A stretch of 64,000 bases of DNA, taken from NCBI GenBank assembly GCA_965277285.1, contig OZ255721.1, forward strand, positions 3,648,001 to 3,712,000. Reading direction: 5' to 3'. The notes under the pieces are model-generated. The model searched no databases. It worked only from the letters and a program-made list of their open reading frames with translations, and had not been told where the DNA came from. Below, piece by piece: positions 49,452 to 58,521 of this stretch (the stretch's first letter is position 1; the number at the start of each line of letters is the position of its first letter). The translations under genes were made by a program, and so were the position numbers. Source of the stretch: Abditibacteriaceae bacterium. Lineage in GTDB: Bacteria; Armatimonadota; Abditibacteriia; Abditibacteriales; Abditibacteriaceae.

Positions 49452-50378
49452 TTATTGCACTTTAGCGGCGTCTCTGGCCACTTGCTCGTTTTGCTGAATG
49501 ACAAGCAGCAGCGTATGCAAAAACGCTTCAGATTCAACGCGCGATGGCGACGCGTAACCCAATCGAGTACTCAATCGTGTGCCCAGGCTTTGCGCCAGAC
49601 GCGAACGCGCATCGCCGCGCAATTTGTCGCTCCGCTGGATATAATCATGCAATAGCTCGCGGTCTTCATCGGTCAAGAGCCACAACGGAACGGGAGCGCT
49701 TCCATCGGTTTGCGGCGTCGTTCCATCCGAAAACGAAGCCGCGACCGAAGCCGCCGCGACTGTTGCAGGCAAAGGCGCCGAGAGTTTCGTCGCTTCAAAC
49801 GAAGTAAGGAACGCTTCCGCCGCTTCGTTGATGTCAAGGACTTTCGAGCGCGTCGCGTCATAGCGTTCGCGTGCGACAACCGTTCCCGCCACCAGGTCGC
49901 CGATACGCCGGTTGTGCGGGTTGATGATCGCCACCAGCGCGCCCAATCCGTACATACTGGGCAGAAAATCGACGGCGCGCAGCAGGTTGCGCACAAAAAT
50001 CGCCCACGTTCCGGCCATCATGCCGTCGCTTTGCATGACGCGCAAGCCCAGCCATCGCTTGCCCGGCGTTTGCCCGTCCCACAGCCATTCGAACAAAAAT
50101 TGAGAACCCAGCACGACCGTTGAAATCAGAAAAATTAGAAACGCCGAAGCGCCCGATTCGAGCCATTTGACCCAGACGGCGTTCTGCGGCAAAAATTGCC
50201 AGACTTCAATCGTCGCCCAGATAATCAAACCGATGAGCAACGCTTGCAACAACGTATCGAGCGCCAGCGCGCCGAAACGCGAACCCAGACCAGCCGTTTC
50301 GACCGCCAGACCGACGTTTTCCGACGACAAAATCGAAATGTCGTCTTCCCATTCGTTGCCGCGCGTGATGTTGCTCAT
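49452..50378 (-). CDS. RDD family protein
   Basis: AGLGSRFGA...D, GQTPGKR.LGLRV, RNLLR.VD, RIGDLVAGTVV. Confidence 0.9.
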   Translation of the reverse strand: MSNITRGNEWEDDISILSSENVGLAVETAGLGSRFGALALDTLLQALLIGLIIWATIEVWQFLPQNAVWVKWLESGASAFLIFLISTVVLGSQFLFEWLWDGQTPGKRWLGLRVMQSDGMMAGTWAIFVRNLLRAVDFLPSMYGLGALVAIINPHNRRIGDLVAGTVVARERYDATRSKVLDINEAAEAFLTSFEATKLSAPLPATVAAASVAASFSDGTTPQTDGSAPVPLWLLTDEDRELLHDYIQRSDKLRGDARSRLAQSLGTRLSTRLGYASPSRVESEAFLHTLLLVIQQNEQVARDAAKVQ

Positions 50379-50400
50379 AAATGGTTTCTTTTTAACCAAC

Positions 50401-50558
50401 CGCGCGGAAGCAAGCGGGCTTTGACTGCAAGAACATAAGCCCGCTTGCTTCCGCGCGCGGTTATTTGGGCGAAATCGAGTACTGGAAAGGCGACGTAGGG
50501 GCGCCCCTTGTGGTCGCCCTATGCCGAAAAACGGGCGACCACAAGGGTCGCCCCTACA
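50401..50558. repeat. Two adjacent REP doublets
   Basis: cgcgcggaagcaagcgggctt/aagcccgcttgcttccgcgcg, then gtaggggcgccccttgtggtcgccc/gggcgaccacaagggtcgcccctac. Confidence 0.8.
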
Positions 50559-50561
50559 AAC

Positions 50562-52070
50562 TTAACTCCACTGACGAACCAGTTCGAGCGCCAGGCGCAC
50601 GCCAAAGCCGGTCGCGCCGCGCTTGGTCAAAGGCCGATCTTCGCGCACCAGGGCGACTGCGGCAATATCGACGTGCGCCCACGGGATGCCGTCTGAGACG
50701 AAATGCTCCAGGAAAACTGCCGCCGCGATGCTTCCGGCGCGCCGCTCGATCCCGATATTTTTCACGTCGGAAACCGTGCCTTTGACGTGTTCCTTATATT
50801 CGTCCCACATCGGGAACGGCCACAAACGCTCGCCGACATCTTCGCCCGCCGCGAGGACGCGATTCGCCAGATCGTCGTTGTTGGCAAACAATCCCGCCGC
50901 TTCCTGCCCCAACGCGATTCCTATCGCGCCCGTTAGCGTTGCAAAATCGACAATCGCGGCGGGCTTGAGTTCGCTGGCATAACTCAGCGCGTCCGCCAAA
51001 ATCAGGCGACCTTCGGCGTCGGTGTTCAAGATTTCGATGGTTTTGCCGTTGCGCGCCGTGACAATATCGCCGGGACGCATGGCGTGCCCGTTGATCATGT
51101 TTTCCGCGCTGGCAACGATTCCCATCACGCGACAGGGCGGCTTGAGATGCGCAATCGCCGACATCGCGCCCAGCACGACCGCCGCGCCGCCCATATCGTC
51201 TTTCATGTCTTCCATGCCCGCCGCGGGCTTGATCGAATATCCGCCAGTGTCGAAAGTCATGCCTTTGCCGACCAAGATTAAGGGCGCGTCGTGTTCGTGG
51301 CCAGAGGGCGAATAATCGAGAATGATGAAGCGCGGCGGATTGTCGCTGCCCATGCCGACGGCATATAACGATTCCATTTTCTCGGACTGAATGCGGTTTT
51401 CGTCCCACACGGTGCAGGCCAAACCGGTTTCGTGCGCGATCTGGCGCGCTTGTTCCGCCAGAAATTGCGGCGACTTTTTGTTGGACGGCAAGTTCACCCA
51501 GTGACGCGCGCGAAGGTTCGCTTCGGCTGCGATCTGCGCCCATTGAACTTCGCCCTGCATGGCGTCCGCGTCCGGCGAGAGAATCGTCGCGTTCTCGATT
51601 CGAGTACTCGATTTGCTGTCTTCGTCGGTCTTGAAGTCATCAAAGGTGTGCAAACCCAAAACAATGCCATCGACCAGCGCAGCGCCAACAACCGCGGGCG
51701 TCAGATGTGGCGCATCGGGATCGGCCAAGCGCGGAATGGCAACCGCGAAATCGGTTCGTTTGAGCGCGCGCACTTGACGCGCGGCTTTAGCGGCGGCTTT
51801 ACGAATCGCCGCTGCGTCCAACTTTTCCGGCTTTCCGGCGCCGACTAAAACCAATCGTTTAGCCGCGATTTGTCCATTGGTGGACAGCACGAAAGTTTCG
51901 CCGACTTTGCCCGTGAAACCATCTTCGCGCATCGTTTCCGAAATGATTCCGCCCAATTTTTCATCCAATTGCGCCACGTCGTCAGTCAGCGTTTCGCTTT
52001 GATAAATCGGCACGACCAGGCACGATGTCGAGTACTCGAAAGGCGAGGCGTTTTGTACGGCAATGTTCAT
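50562..52070 (-). CDS. pepA: Leucyl aminopeptidase (M17)
   Basis: VGKGMTFDTGGYSIK, MKDDMGG, NTDAEGRL.LAD, ATLTGA. Confidence 0.95.
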   Translation of the reverse strand: MNIAVQNASPFEYSTSCLVVPIYQSETLTDDVAQLDEKLGGIISETMREDGFTGKVGETFVLSTNGQIAAKRLVLVGAGKPEKLDAAAIRKAAAKAARQVRALKRTDFAVAIPRLADPDAPHLTPAVVGAALVDGIVLGLHTFDDFKTDEDSKSSTRIENATILSPDADAMQGEVQWAQIAAEANLRARHWVNLPSNKKSPQFLAEQARQIAHETGLACTVWDENRIQSEKMESLYAVGMGSDNPPRFIILDYSPSGHEHDAPLILVGKGMTFDTGGYSIKPAAGMEDMKDDMGGAAVVLGAMSAIAHLKPPCRVMGIVASAENMINGHAMRPGDIVTARNGKTIEILNTDAEGRLILADALSYASELKPAAIVDFATLTGAIGIALGQEAAGLFANNDDLANRVLAAGEDVGERLWPFPMWDEYKEHVKGTVSDVKNIGIERRAGSIAAAVFLEHFVSDGIPWAHVDIAAVALVREDRPLTKRGATGFGVRLALELVRQWS

Positions 52071-52083
52071 GTGTTCTCCTAAT

Positions 52084-52512
52084 TTAAGGTTTCATTTGCG
52101 GCGTGATGACGAAAGTTTGTGAACCAGCTTGTGTTGCAGTTTTCCAGTCGAGTTGAATCTTAACGGTTTGATGGCGATTTTGATTTAATTGTATTATTGG
52201 ACTTGTGAAATCAGAGTTTGCGAACCATATTTTGGCGAGAACGCGGCCATTCTGCCATTTTCCTACGCCATCTGGCACGTATATTTGGTCTCCGCCCTCA
52301 ACAATCCGCAGATTCGTTTCTACCTCGCCTGGCGAAAAATTGTGATAGAAAAACTGTAATCCCACGATGTTTTTCTGCTCACCGAAAGAGGTGAGCTTTA
52401 TCAAACGCGGCGAATCTACGATGACATCGGGACGTTTCTTGAAAATGCCAAATACCGCAATCGGCGCGATAATCATCAACAACCATAAGCCCGACGATGA
52501 TTTGTTTTTCAT
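52084..52512 (-). CDS. Hypothetical membrane-anchored protein (paralog pair)
   Basis: GLWLLMIIAP.AVF N-terminus and VITPQMK C-terminus shared with the next gene. Confidence 0.7.
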   Translation of the reverse strand: MKNKSSSGLWLLMIIAPIAVFGIFKKRPDVIVDSPRLIKLTSFGEQKNIVGLQFFYHNFSPGEVETNLRIVEGGDQIYVPDGVGKWQNGRVLAKIWFANSDFTSPIIQLNQNRHQTVKIQLDWKTATQAGSQTFVITPQMKP

Positions 52513-52521
52513 GTTTCAGTC

Positions 52522-53025
52522 TCATTTATCTTTCATTTGCGGCGTGATAACAACGTCTTTTCGACTTTCAACGTTTTGACCGGCGGCGTTTGTAACAAAC
52601 CAATCGAGATGTACGTGAATCGGTTTTTGACGCTGTTTCTTGATGTTGAACACCGTTGTGCTGCAATAAGATCTGCCATAACAATTGAGGTCTAAATCGT
52701 CGCCGTCTTTGAGAACGCTTTGTCCCGTGTTTTGAATAACCTCTGAAGAACCTGATGAGATTATGGCACCAATCTCGGCGACGGGAGACGAGTTGAAAAA
52801 ACTCAGGCGCACTAAATATCCAGCGTTGTTCGGAAGTGGCGTGAACCGCAATTTACTGATGTGCGGCTTTCCCTGCGCAGCGGCTGATCTGGCCGCGTCA
52901 TCGAACGTGATTTCATCGCCCGTCACCTTATCGCGCAACTTCCGCTTTTCCTTGACACCAAAGAACACCGCAACTGGCGCGATAATCATCAACAGCCACA
53001 AGCCCCACAGCGGTTTTCGTTTCAT
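52522..53025 (-). CDS. Hypothetical membrane-anchored protein (paralog pair)
   Basis: Same conserved termini as 52084-52512. Confidence 0.7.
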   Translation of the reverse strand: MKRKPLWGLWLLMIIAPVAVFFGVKEKRKLRDKVTGDEITFDDAARSAAAQGKPHISKLRFTPLPNNAGYLVRLSFFNSSPVAEIGAIISSGSSEVIQNTGQSVLKDGDDLDLNCYGRSYCSTTVFNIKKQRQKPIHVHLDWFVTNAAGQNVESRKDVVITPQMKDK

Positions 53026-53050
53026 ATCGAGTACTCGATTGTTGTTTTCG

Positions 53051-53121
53051 CGTAGGGACGCCAGCTTGCTGCGTCCCTTATTTCAAGCACGAAACGGACG
53101 CAGCAAGCTGGCGTCCCTACA
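53051..53121. repeat. GTAG-type REP doublet
   Basis: gtagggacgccagcttgctgcgtcc ... ggacgcagcaagctggcgtccctac. Confidence 0.85.
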
Positions 53122-53144
53122 TTGCTGCGAGATCGTTTCTGCAA

Positions 53145-53897
53145 CTAATCGCTCAACGTCAAAATCTCCGGCCCATCGGATGTAATCGCCACCGTGTGTT
53201 CATAGTGACACGAAAGTTTGCCGTCGCTTGTGACATACGTCCATTTGTCGCTCAACTGCCGGACTTCGTGCGTGCCTTCGTTGACCATCGGTTCAATCGC
53301 AATCGTCATCCCGGGTTTCAAGACAACGCCCTGGCCGCGCACGCCGTAATTGGGAACTTGCGGCTCTTCCCACATCGAGCGCCCGACGCCGTGACCGCAC
53401 AACGGCCTGACGACGCCATAACCGTGCGTTTCGCAATGGTTTTGGATCGCCCAGCCGATGTCGCCCGTGCGGTTGCCGGCCTTGGCCTGCGCGATTCCCA
53501 GATACAACGCTTCTTCGGTGATTTTCATCAGGCGCGCGGCTTTGGCCGAAACTTCGCCGATGCCAATGGTGTGCGCGTTGTCGCCGACCCAGCCGCCCAA
53601 AAGCGTTCCAACGTCCAGCGACACGACATCGCCCGCACGAAACGGAATGACCGTCGGAATGCCATGCACAACGGCTTCATTGACCGAAACTGTGATCGTG
53701 TTCGGATAACCGTGATGACCCAGAAACGGACTTTTGGCGCCCGCTTCGGCGATCAGGCGGCGCGCCAAAGTGTCCAACTGCTTGGGCGTGACGCCTTCTT
53801 GCGCGGCTTCGCAAAGTGCATCGAGTACTCGACGCGCCAGTCGCCCGCTTTTGCGCATGGCTTCGATTTGCGCGCGGTTCTTGTAAGAAATCTTCAC
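53145..53897 (-). CDS. map: Methionine aminopeptidase type I
   Basis: SVNEAVVHGIP, D.G....GWVGD, GHGVG, IAIEPM, HYEHT. Confidence 0.95.
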   Translation of the reverse strand: MKISYKNRAQIEAMRKSGRLARRVLDALCEAAQEGVTPKQLDTLARRLIAEAGAKSPFLGHHGYPNTITVSVNEAVVHGIPTVIPFRAGDVVSLDVGTLLGGWVGDNAHTIGIGEVSAKAARLMKITEEALYLGIAQAKAGNRTGDIGWAIQNHCETHGYGVVRPLCGHGVGRSMWEEPQVPNYGVRGQGVVLKPGMTIAIEPMVNEGTHEVRQLSDKWTYVTSDGKLSCHYEHTVAITSDGPEILTLSD

Positions 53898-54826
53898 TTA
53901 ATTCCCGAATCCTTCTTGATTTTCGTCCATTCGTCGGCTGTCACGCGCTTGACGTGACCATCGGCGAAAGCCACGCTGCGCTTGCCGTCGCTGCCGAAAT
54001 CGGCTTCGTAAATCGCCGCGGTATTGGCCGGATCCATCATGCTCGCCAGACTTTTCTTCGACAGAGCGGCGTTTGGCACGTAAAACTTGTTGTTGCTCGG
54101 CTGCAGAAAAACCTGATCGTTCTTAACGTAAGGATAAACCGCTTTTTTGAGCAAGTACATACTTTGCATCGGCGGCATATGTTCGTCGTTGTCCTGCGTA
54201 TATTGCATCACGCCCAGCATCAACTGTTTCAGGTTGGAATTGGACGACGCGTTGAGCGCGTTCGTGCGCGCTTCGCCGAAGACGCTGTTCATCGGCGAAT
54301 TGGCGTTGAACGCCGACGCATCGAACTGCTGCATTTCGTTGAAGGCGCCGGTCATGCGCACGTTGAGCAACGACAATTGCAGCACCGAAGTGGGCTTGAG
54401 CATCATATCCTGCATCATCTTGTCGGGGTTGGACTGTGAATTCATCGTTGCGAAGTTCATCGTCGAGGTCTTCATGCGATACGCGACCAGATACGTTTCA
54501 CCTGCGACAGAAATCTCATCGCCGCGTGAATAAAGCGCGTTTGAACCCATCATGCCGTAAGCGCTCATCATCAAGCTGCGCAAATCGTTGCTGTCGCTGA
54601 CGGTGAAAGAACGCCATGACGCGTTCAGATCGCTGCCCTTGATCGACATCGGCACGACGCTTCCCGACATAACATCTTTCCAACTGGCAACGTTGACGGT
54701 TTGCGCCGAAAACTGGGACGTGAAGCCTGAGGAGGGCACGTTCCCGCTTCCTCCATCGGCGTGTGCGGCGGCGGTTGAAATCAGTGCGAAAAAAGTTGCG
54801 GCGACAACTTGTTGTTTGGTGTTCAT
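53894..54826 (-). CDS. Exported DUF1559/H-X9-DG-like protein 1
   Basis: Signal peptide AHA-D; SNLKQL.LG.MQY.QD.DE; VAFADGHVK. Confidence 0.8.
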   Translation of the reverse strand: MNTKQQVVAATFFALISTAAAHADGGSGNVPSSGFTSQFSAQTVNVASWKDVMSGSVVPMSIKGSDLNASWRSFTVSDSNDLRSLMMSAYGMMGSNALYSRGDEISVAGETYLVAYRMKTSTMNFATMNSQSNPDKMMQDMMLKPTSVLQLSLLNVRMTGAFNEMQQFDASAFNANSPMNSVFGEARTNALNASSNSNLKQLMLGVMQYTQDNDEHMPPMQSMYLLKKAVYPYVKNDQVFLQPSNNKFYVPNAALSKKSLASMMDPANTAAIYEADFGSDGKRSVAFADGHVKRVTADEWTKIKKDSGIK

Positions 54827-54843
54827 CGTGTTCTCCTTTAGAA

Positions 54844-55755
54844 CTATTGGATATTTGAATCTTTCTTGATTTTCGTCCATTCGACTGGTGTCACGCGCTT
54901 GACGTGACCATCGGCAAAACCAACGGCACGTTTGCCGTCGCTGTCGAAATCGGCTTCGTAAATCATGGCTGTCATCGACGGTTGGTTGATGCTCGCCAAA
55001 CTCTTTTTCGACAAAGCCGCGTTCGGGACGTAGAACTTTTTGTTGATTGGCTGAACGAAAACGGTGTCGCTCCTGAGGAAAGGATAAATCGCTTTCTTGA
55101 GCTGATACATCGTTTGCATCGGCGGATAAACTTCGTCCTGCTCTTGCGAATACTGGATAACGGCAATTCCCAACTGTTTCAGATTCGACATCGATTGGCT
55201 GAGCAGAACTCTATTTTTAGAGTTTGTTGCGGCTCGGGCAAAACTTTCCGCATCGAAGGGCGCCACTTCGTAAAAATTATTGGCCGTGCTGAGGTTCAGC
55301 AGCGAAAGCACCAGCCGCGTGTTCGGCGTCAACACCATCGCCTTGAAAATGTCTTCTTGGCGCAAATTGCCCGTTACCAAATCTGCGACGGGACGCTTCA
55401 AGCGGTAGGTCACGAGATAAGTCTCGTTGTTTATCGAAAGCGTCGCGCCCGACGTGTAATAAAGACCGAAACTGTCGAAATTGAAGTTATAAGAGTAGGA
55501 ACTTCGCAGCAGATTGGTGACGGTGTCTTCCAGATGAAAGGTGCGCCACGTCGAATCCAAATTTCCCATCGTCACAGAAAGCGGCACCACGCGACCGCCC
55601 AAAACATCCGGCCAATTCGAGATTTGCGGCACTTGCGCCGAAGCAACTGTTGTAGCGCTTTTCTCGGCCTTCGAGTACTCGATTGTGTCGGCGCGAACGT
55701 TGACGGCTATTGAAATCAGCGACACCAATATTGCGACAACTTGTTTCGTCTTCAT
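54844..55755 (-). CDS. Exported DUF1559/H-X9-DG-like protein 2
   Basis: Signal peptide VRA-D; SNLKQLG.A..QY.QE.DE; VGFADGHVK. Confidence 0.8.
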   Translation of the reverse strand: MKTKQVVAILVSLISIAVNVRADTIEYSKAEKSATTVASAQVPQISNWPDVLGGRVVPLSVTMGNLDSTWRTFHLEDTVTNLLRSSYSYNFNFDSFGLYYTSGATLSINNETYLVTYRLKRPVADLVTGNLRQEDIFKAMVLTPNTRLVLSLLNLSTANNFYEVAPFDAESFARAATNSKNRVLLSQSMSNLKQLGIAVIQYSQEQDEVYPPMQTMYQLKKAIYPFLRSDTVFVQPINKKFYVPNAALSKKSLASINQPSMTAMIYEADFDSDGKRAVGFADGHVKRVTPVEWTKIKKDSNIQ

Positions 55756-55771
55756 CGCGTTTCCTTTGAAA

Positions 55772-56974
55772 CTACTTGATTTTCGAGCCTCGCTTGTATT
55801 TTAACCATTGCGCGCCGTTCAGGCGGCGAACGTGGCCATCCAAAAAGGCGACCAGGCGCGAATTGTCTTTGTCGGGCTGCGTTTGATAGAGCGCGATCAT
55901 GTCGGCGGGCACCGAAATGTGCGCCGTTTTCTTGCCCGATAAAATCGTGTTCAGGCTGTAGAACGTTTTGTCGGGAGGCGGCGCCAGCGTTTGGGCTTTG
56001 ACATACGGTTGAATCGCTTTTTTGAAAGACGCCAGGTCGTCCATCGGCGGAATCAGGTTGTTGTGGTCTTGCGCATACAAAACAACGGCGAGCGCCAATT
56101 CGCGCAAATCGGCTCGTTGTTGGTCGGCGATGTTCAAAGGCAGCGTCGGCGCGACGACTTTTGGCGTGGCATTCGGAAGATTGTAATGCGCCCAGCCGCG
56201 CACGCGCTCGACGCGTGTATTGAAATTGAACGGCTGCGCCTTGTCCACAATCTTCACGGTTTTGAGATTGAGCAGCGTCAAATTCAGCGTGTGATCGCCC
56301 ATCCAGCGCGGAACCATGTCCATGAAACGCGCGTAAGACGGCGGTTTTTTGCTGTCGGGAAACACTTGCGCGAGGTCGTTCTGGCTCAAGGGCGCCAGAC
56401 GATAAACGATCAGGAACGAATCGTTGCCCGCCGTCGCAGTTTGCCATTGCGTGAAATACGTGCCTTCGCGCGCGCCCAGAACTTCGTTCATCAAATCGCT
56501 CATCGAAAGAGTGTTGCCCGTCGTCGCGCTCGATGTTCCAATTCCAGTACTCGAATCTTTATCGTTGACGTAAATCAGGCGCCACGCCGTGTTCAAGTCT
56601 TTGATGCGCAATGAAAGCGGCACGCTCGCATCTAAAAAAAGCCCACTGTTCGTCGCATTTTGTGGCGTCGGGATTGGCGTTGGTGTCGCAGCTGGCGTTG
56701 GTGTCGCAGCTGGCGTTGGTGTCGCAGCTGGCGTTGGTGTCGCAGCTGGCGTTGGTGTCGCAGCTGGCGTTGGTGTCGCAGCTGGCGTTGGTGTCGCAGC
56801 TGGCGTTGGTGTTGAAACCGGCGTCGGTGTGGCTGTTGAAGTTGGCGTCGAAATTGTTGTTGCTGTTGCAGTTGGTGTGGCTTTGAGCGTAGGCGACGGC
56901 GCAGCAGTTTGCGCGCGCGCCCCGACAGAAACGAGTGAAGCGATGATGAGTATCGCGTAAAAAGTTGGTTTCAT
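55772..56974 (-). CDS. Exported DUF1559/H-X9-DG-like protein 3 with a Pro/Thr linker
   Basis: Signal peptide ARA-Q; (TPAATP)n; LA..LYAQD; VAFLDGHVR. Confidence 0.78.
   Translation of the reverse strand: MKPTFYAILIIASLVSVGARAQTAAPSPTLKATPTATATTISTPTSTATPTPVSTPTPAATPTPAATPTPAATPTPAATPTPAATPTPAATPTPAATPTPIPTPQNATNSGLFLDASVPLSLRIKDLNTAWRLIYVNDKDSSTGIGTSSATTGNTLSMSDLMNEVLGAREGTYFTQWQTATAGNDSFLIVYRLAPLSQNDLAQVFPDSKKPPSYARFMDMVPRWMGDHTLNLTLLNLKTVKIVDKAQPFNFNTRVERVRGWAHYNLPNATPKVVAPTLPLNIADQQRADLRELALAVVLYAQDHNNLIPPMDDLASFKKAIQPYVKAQTLAPPPDKTFYSLNTILSGKKTAHISVPADMIALYQTQPDKDNSRLVAFLDGHVRRLNGAQWLKYKRGSKIK
56676..56812. repeat. Coding VNTR: about 7.6 identical 18-bp units ggcgttggtgtcgcagct
   Basis: Perfect tandem copies encoding PAATPT. 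Confidence 0.95.
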
Positions 56975-56994
56975 ACAATTAAAATTGGGACCGA

Positions 56995-57084
56995 ATAACG
57001 AACCCGAAGCGTGAGCGACGGGCTTGAGTAACAATCACATGAGACCCTTACTTAAGCCCGTCGCTCACGCTTCGGGTTCGTTAT
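56995..57084. repeat. REP doublet, AACCCGAAGCG family
   Basis: aataacgaacccgaagcgtgagcgacgggctt ... aagcccgtcgctcacgcttcgggttcgttatt. Confidence 0.85.
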
Positions 57085-57100
57085 TGTGACGGTTCAAAAG

Positions 57101-57961
57101 TTACGTATTCAATTGCCACAAGCGGTCGCGGAAAAGACACCAAACGGGAAACTCGATCTTCAGGCGCGCGATTTCTTTTTGCGCAGCGGCTTTGATTTCA
57201 TGGGTGCGGTAGCGTCCCGAAAAATGCTGCAAAACAAACGCTTTGGGCTGAATCTGCGCTGCGACTTCGAGCGCTTCGCCGATCGTCGAATGCAGTTGAT
57301 GCTTGCGCTCCGACGAATCTAAAATCGTCGCTTCGTGAACCAAAAGTTCGGCGCCGCACACGTTTTCGACTTTCAACGGCAAGCCATCGCCGCCAAAGGC
57401 CGCCACAATCGCTTGATAATCTTCGCTGATGTCCGCGCCGCTTTTGCGCAAATCGCGCAGTTCGTTGTCCGCGAGTTTCGAGTACTCGATCTTCAGGCGA
57501 CGGCGCGTTTCGAGGATTTTGTAGCCCAGCGTCAAGCGTCCTGTCATGTGTTCGGTCTCAAAGGTTTCGACGTGTCGCGCGTGCGTGCCTTCAGTTGTCA
57601 AAGAAAACGAATCTCCGGCGTCGAGCGGCGTCCAAGTCAGGTCGAAGGACAGTTTGGCGCGCGTGCGTTCGAGAAATTGCATCATGTCGGCGATGTAAAG
57701 GTCATCGCGCGGATAGAAAACTTCGAGCGGCTTGTTGTTATCGCCCATGCCCGCGGCGCGCGCCCACAATAAAACCGGCAAACCCGCGATATGATCGATG
57801 TGCCCGTGCGTTAAAAGGACGCGCTCAATGCCGAAACCCAGATTGCCAAGACTGGTCGAGCAACCTTCGCCGCAATCGATGAGCAGGTTGTCGGGCTTGT
57901 AGAAAAGCCACGATGAATAAAGACCTTTGGAAAAACCGAAGAGAAGAGAAGAAACATCCAC
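57101..57961 (-). CDS. rnz: tRNase Z-like MBL-fold hydrolase, Thermotoga type
   Basis: GFSKGLYSSW..Y, DCGEG, LTHGHIDHIAG, GMGDNNKPL.VFYP, HEAT, HFS.RY. Confidence 0.8.
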   Translation of the reverse strand: MDVSSLLFGFSKGLYSSWLFYKPDNLLIDCGEGCSTSLGNLGFGIERVLLTHGHIDHIAGLPVLLWARAAGMGDNNKPLEVFYPRDDLYIADMMQFLERTRAKLSFDLTWTPLDAGDSFSLTTEGTHARHVETFETEHMTGRLTLGYKILETRRRLKIEYSKLADNELRDLRKSGADISEDYQAIVAAFGGDGLPLKVENVCGAELLVHEATILDSSERKHQLHSTIGEALEVAAQIQPKAFVLQHFSGRYRTHEIKAAAQKEIARLKIEFPVWCLFRDRLWQLNT

Positions 57962-58102
57962 GCCAAGTATTATAAGTCAGGTGCGAACGAAAAGGCATGC
58001 GCGCGTACTTGAATCGCGTTTTGTGGAACACTGCACCGAAGCGTTTCGAGTACTCGAAATGCCTTACCGGAACAGTTCAACGTTCGTCCGAGGAGGAGCA
58101 CC

Positions 58103-58447
58103 ATGAACTCGATTTTTTTGTTGGCGCCATATCGTTACGAAGGAAAATGGGTTTTCGACGACCCGCACGTCGGATTGCACCGCGAACCGTTTGTCTTTGG
58201 CGCCGATACGATGCTCGATCAGATTACAAGCGACATTCCCGATGCGCAAAACGGTTTTCGCCTGCTGTTTTCCGCTGGCCCTTTTCCAGGCTACATGGCG
58301 CGCATCACGCATCGCCGCGAAGAATATGGCGGCAACTGGTATTTTTGGCCCGAAATGGATGTCGAAGGTTGGCTTTGCCCGGCGCTTTTCAAATACTTTG
58401 AAACCGCGCCACAAAGCATTTACGTGCGCGTGGAAGCCAAAGAATAA
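58103..58447 (+). CDS. Conserved hypothetical protein
   Basis: GAGGAG RBS; WVFDD...GL.REPFV.GAD, GWLCPAL.KYF. Confidence 0.75.
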   Translation: MNSIFLLAPYRYEGKWVFDDPHVGLHREPFVFGADTMLDQITSDIPDAQNGFRLLFSAGPFPGYMARITHRREEYGGNWYFWPEMDVEGWLCPALFKYFETAPQSIYVRVEAKE

Positions 58448-58459
58448 TACGGAATGAGT

Positions 58460-58489
58460 TGTACGGGCGATTCGGCGAATCGCCCGTAC
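58460..58489. repeat. REP-like hairpin between convergent genes
   Basis: gtacgggcgattcggcgaatcgcccgtac. Confidence 0.7.
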
Positions 58490-58521
58490 GCATAACTTCG
58501 AGTCCCGATATTCCGTATTTA

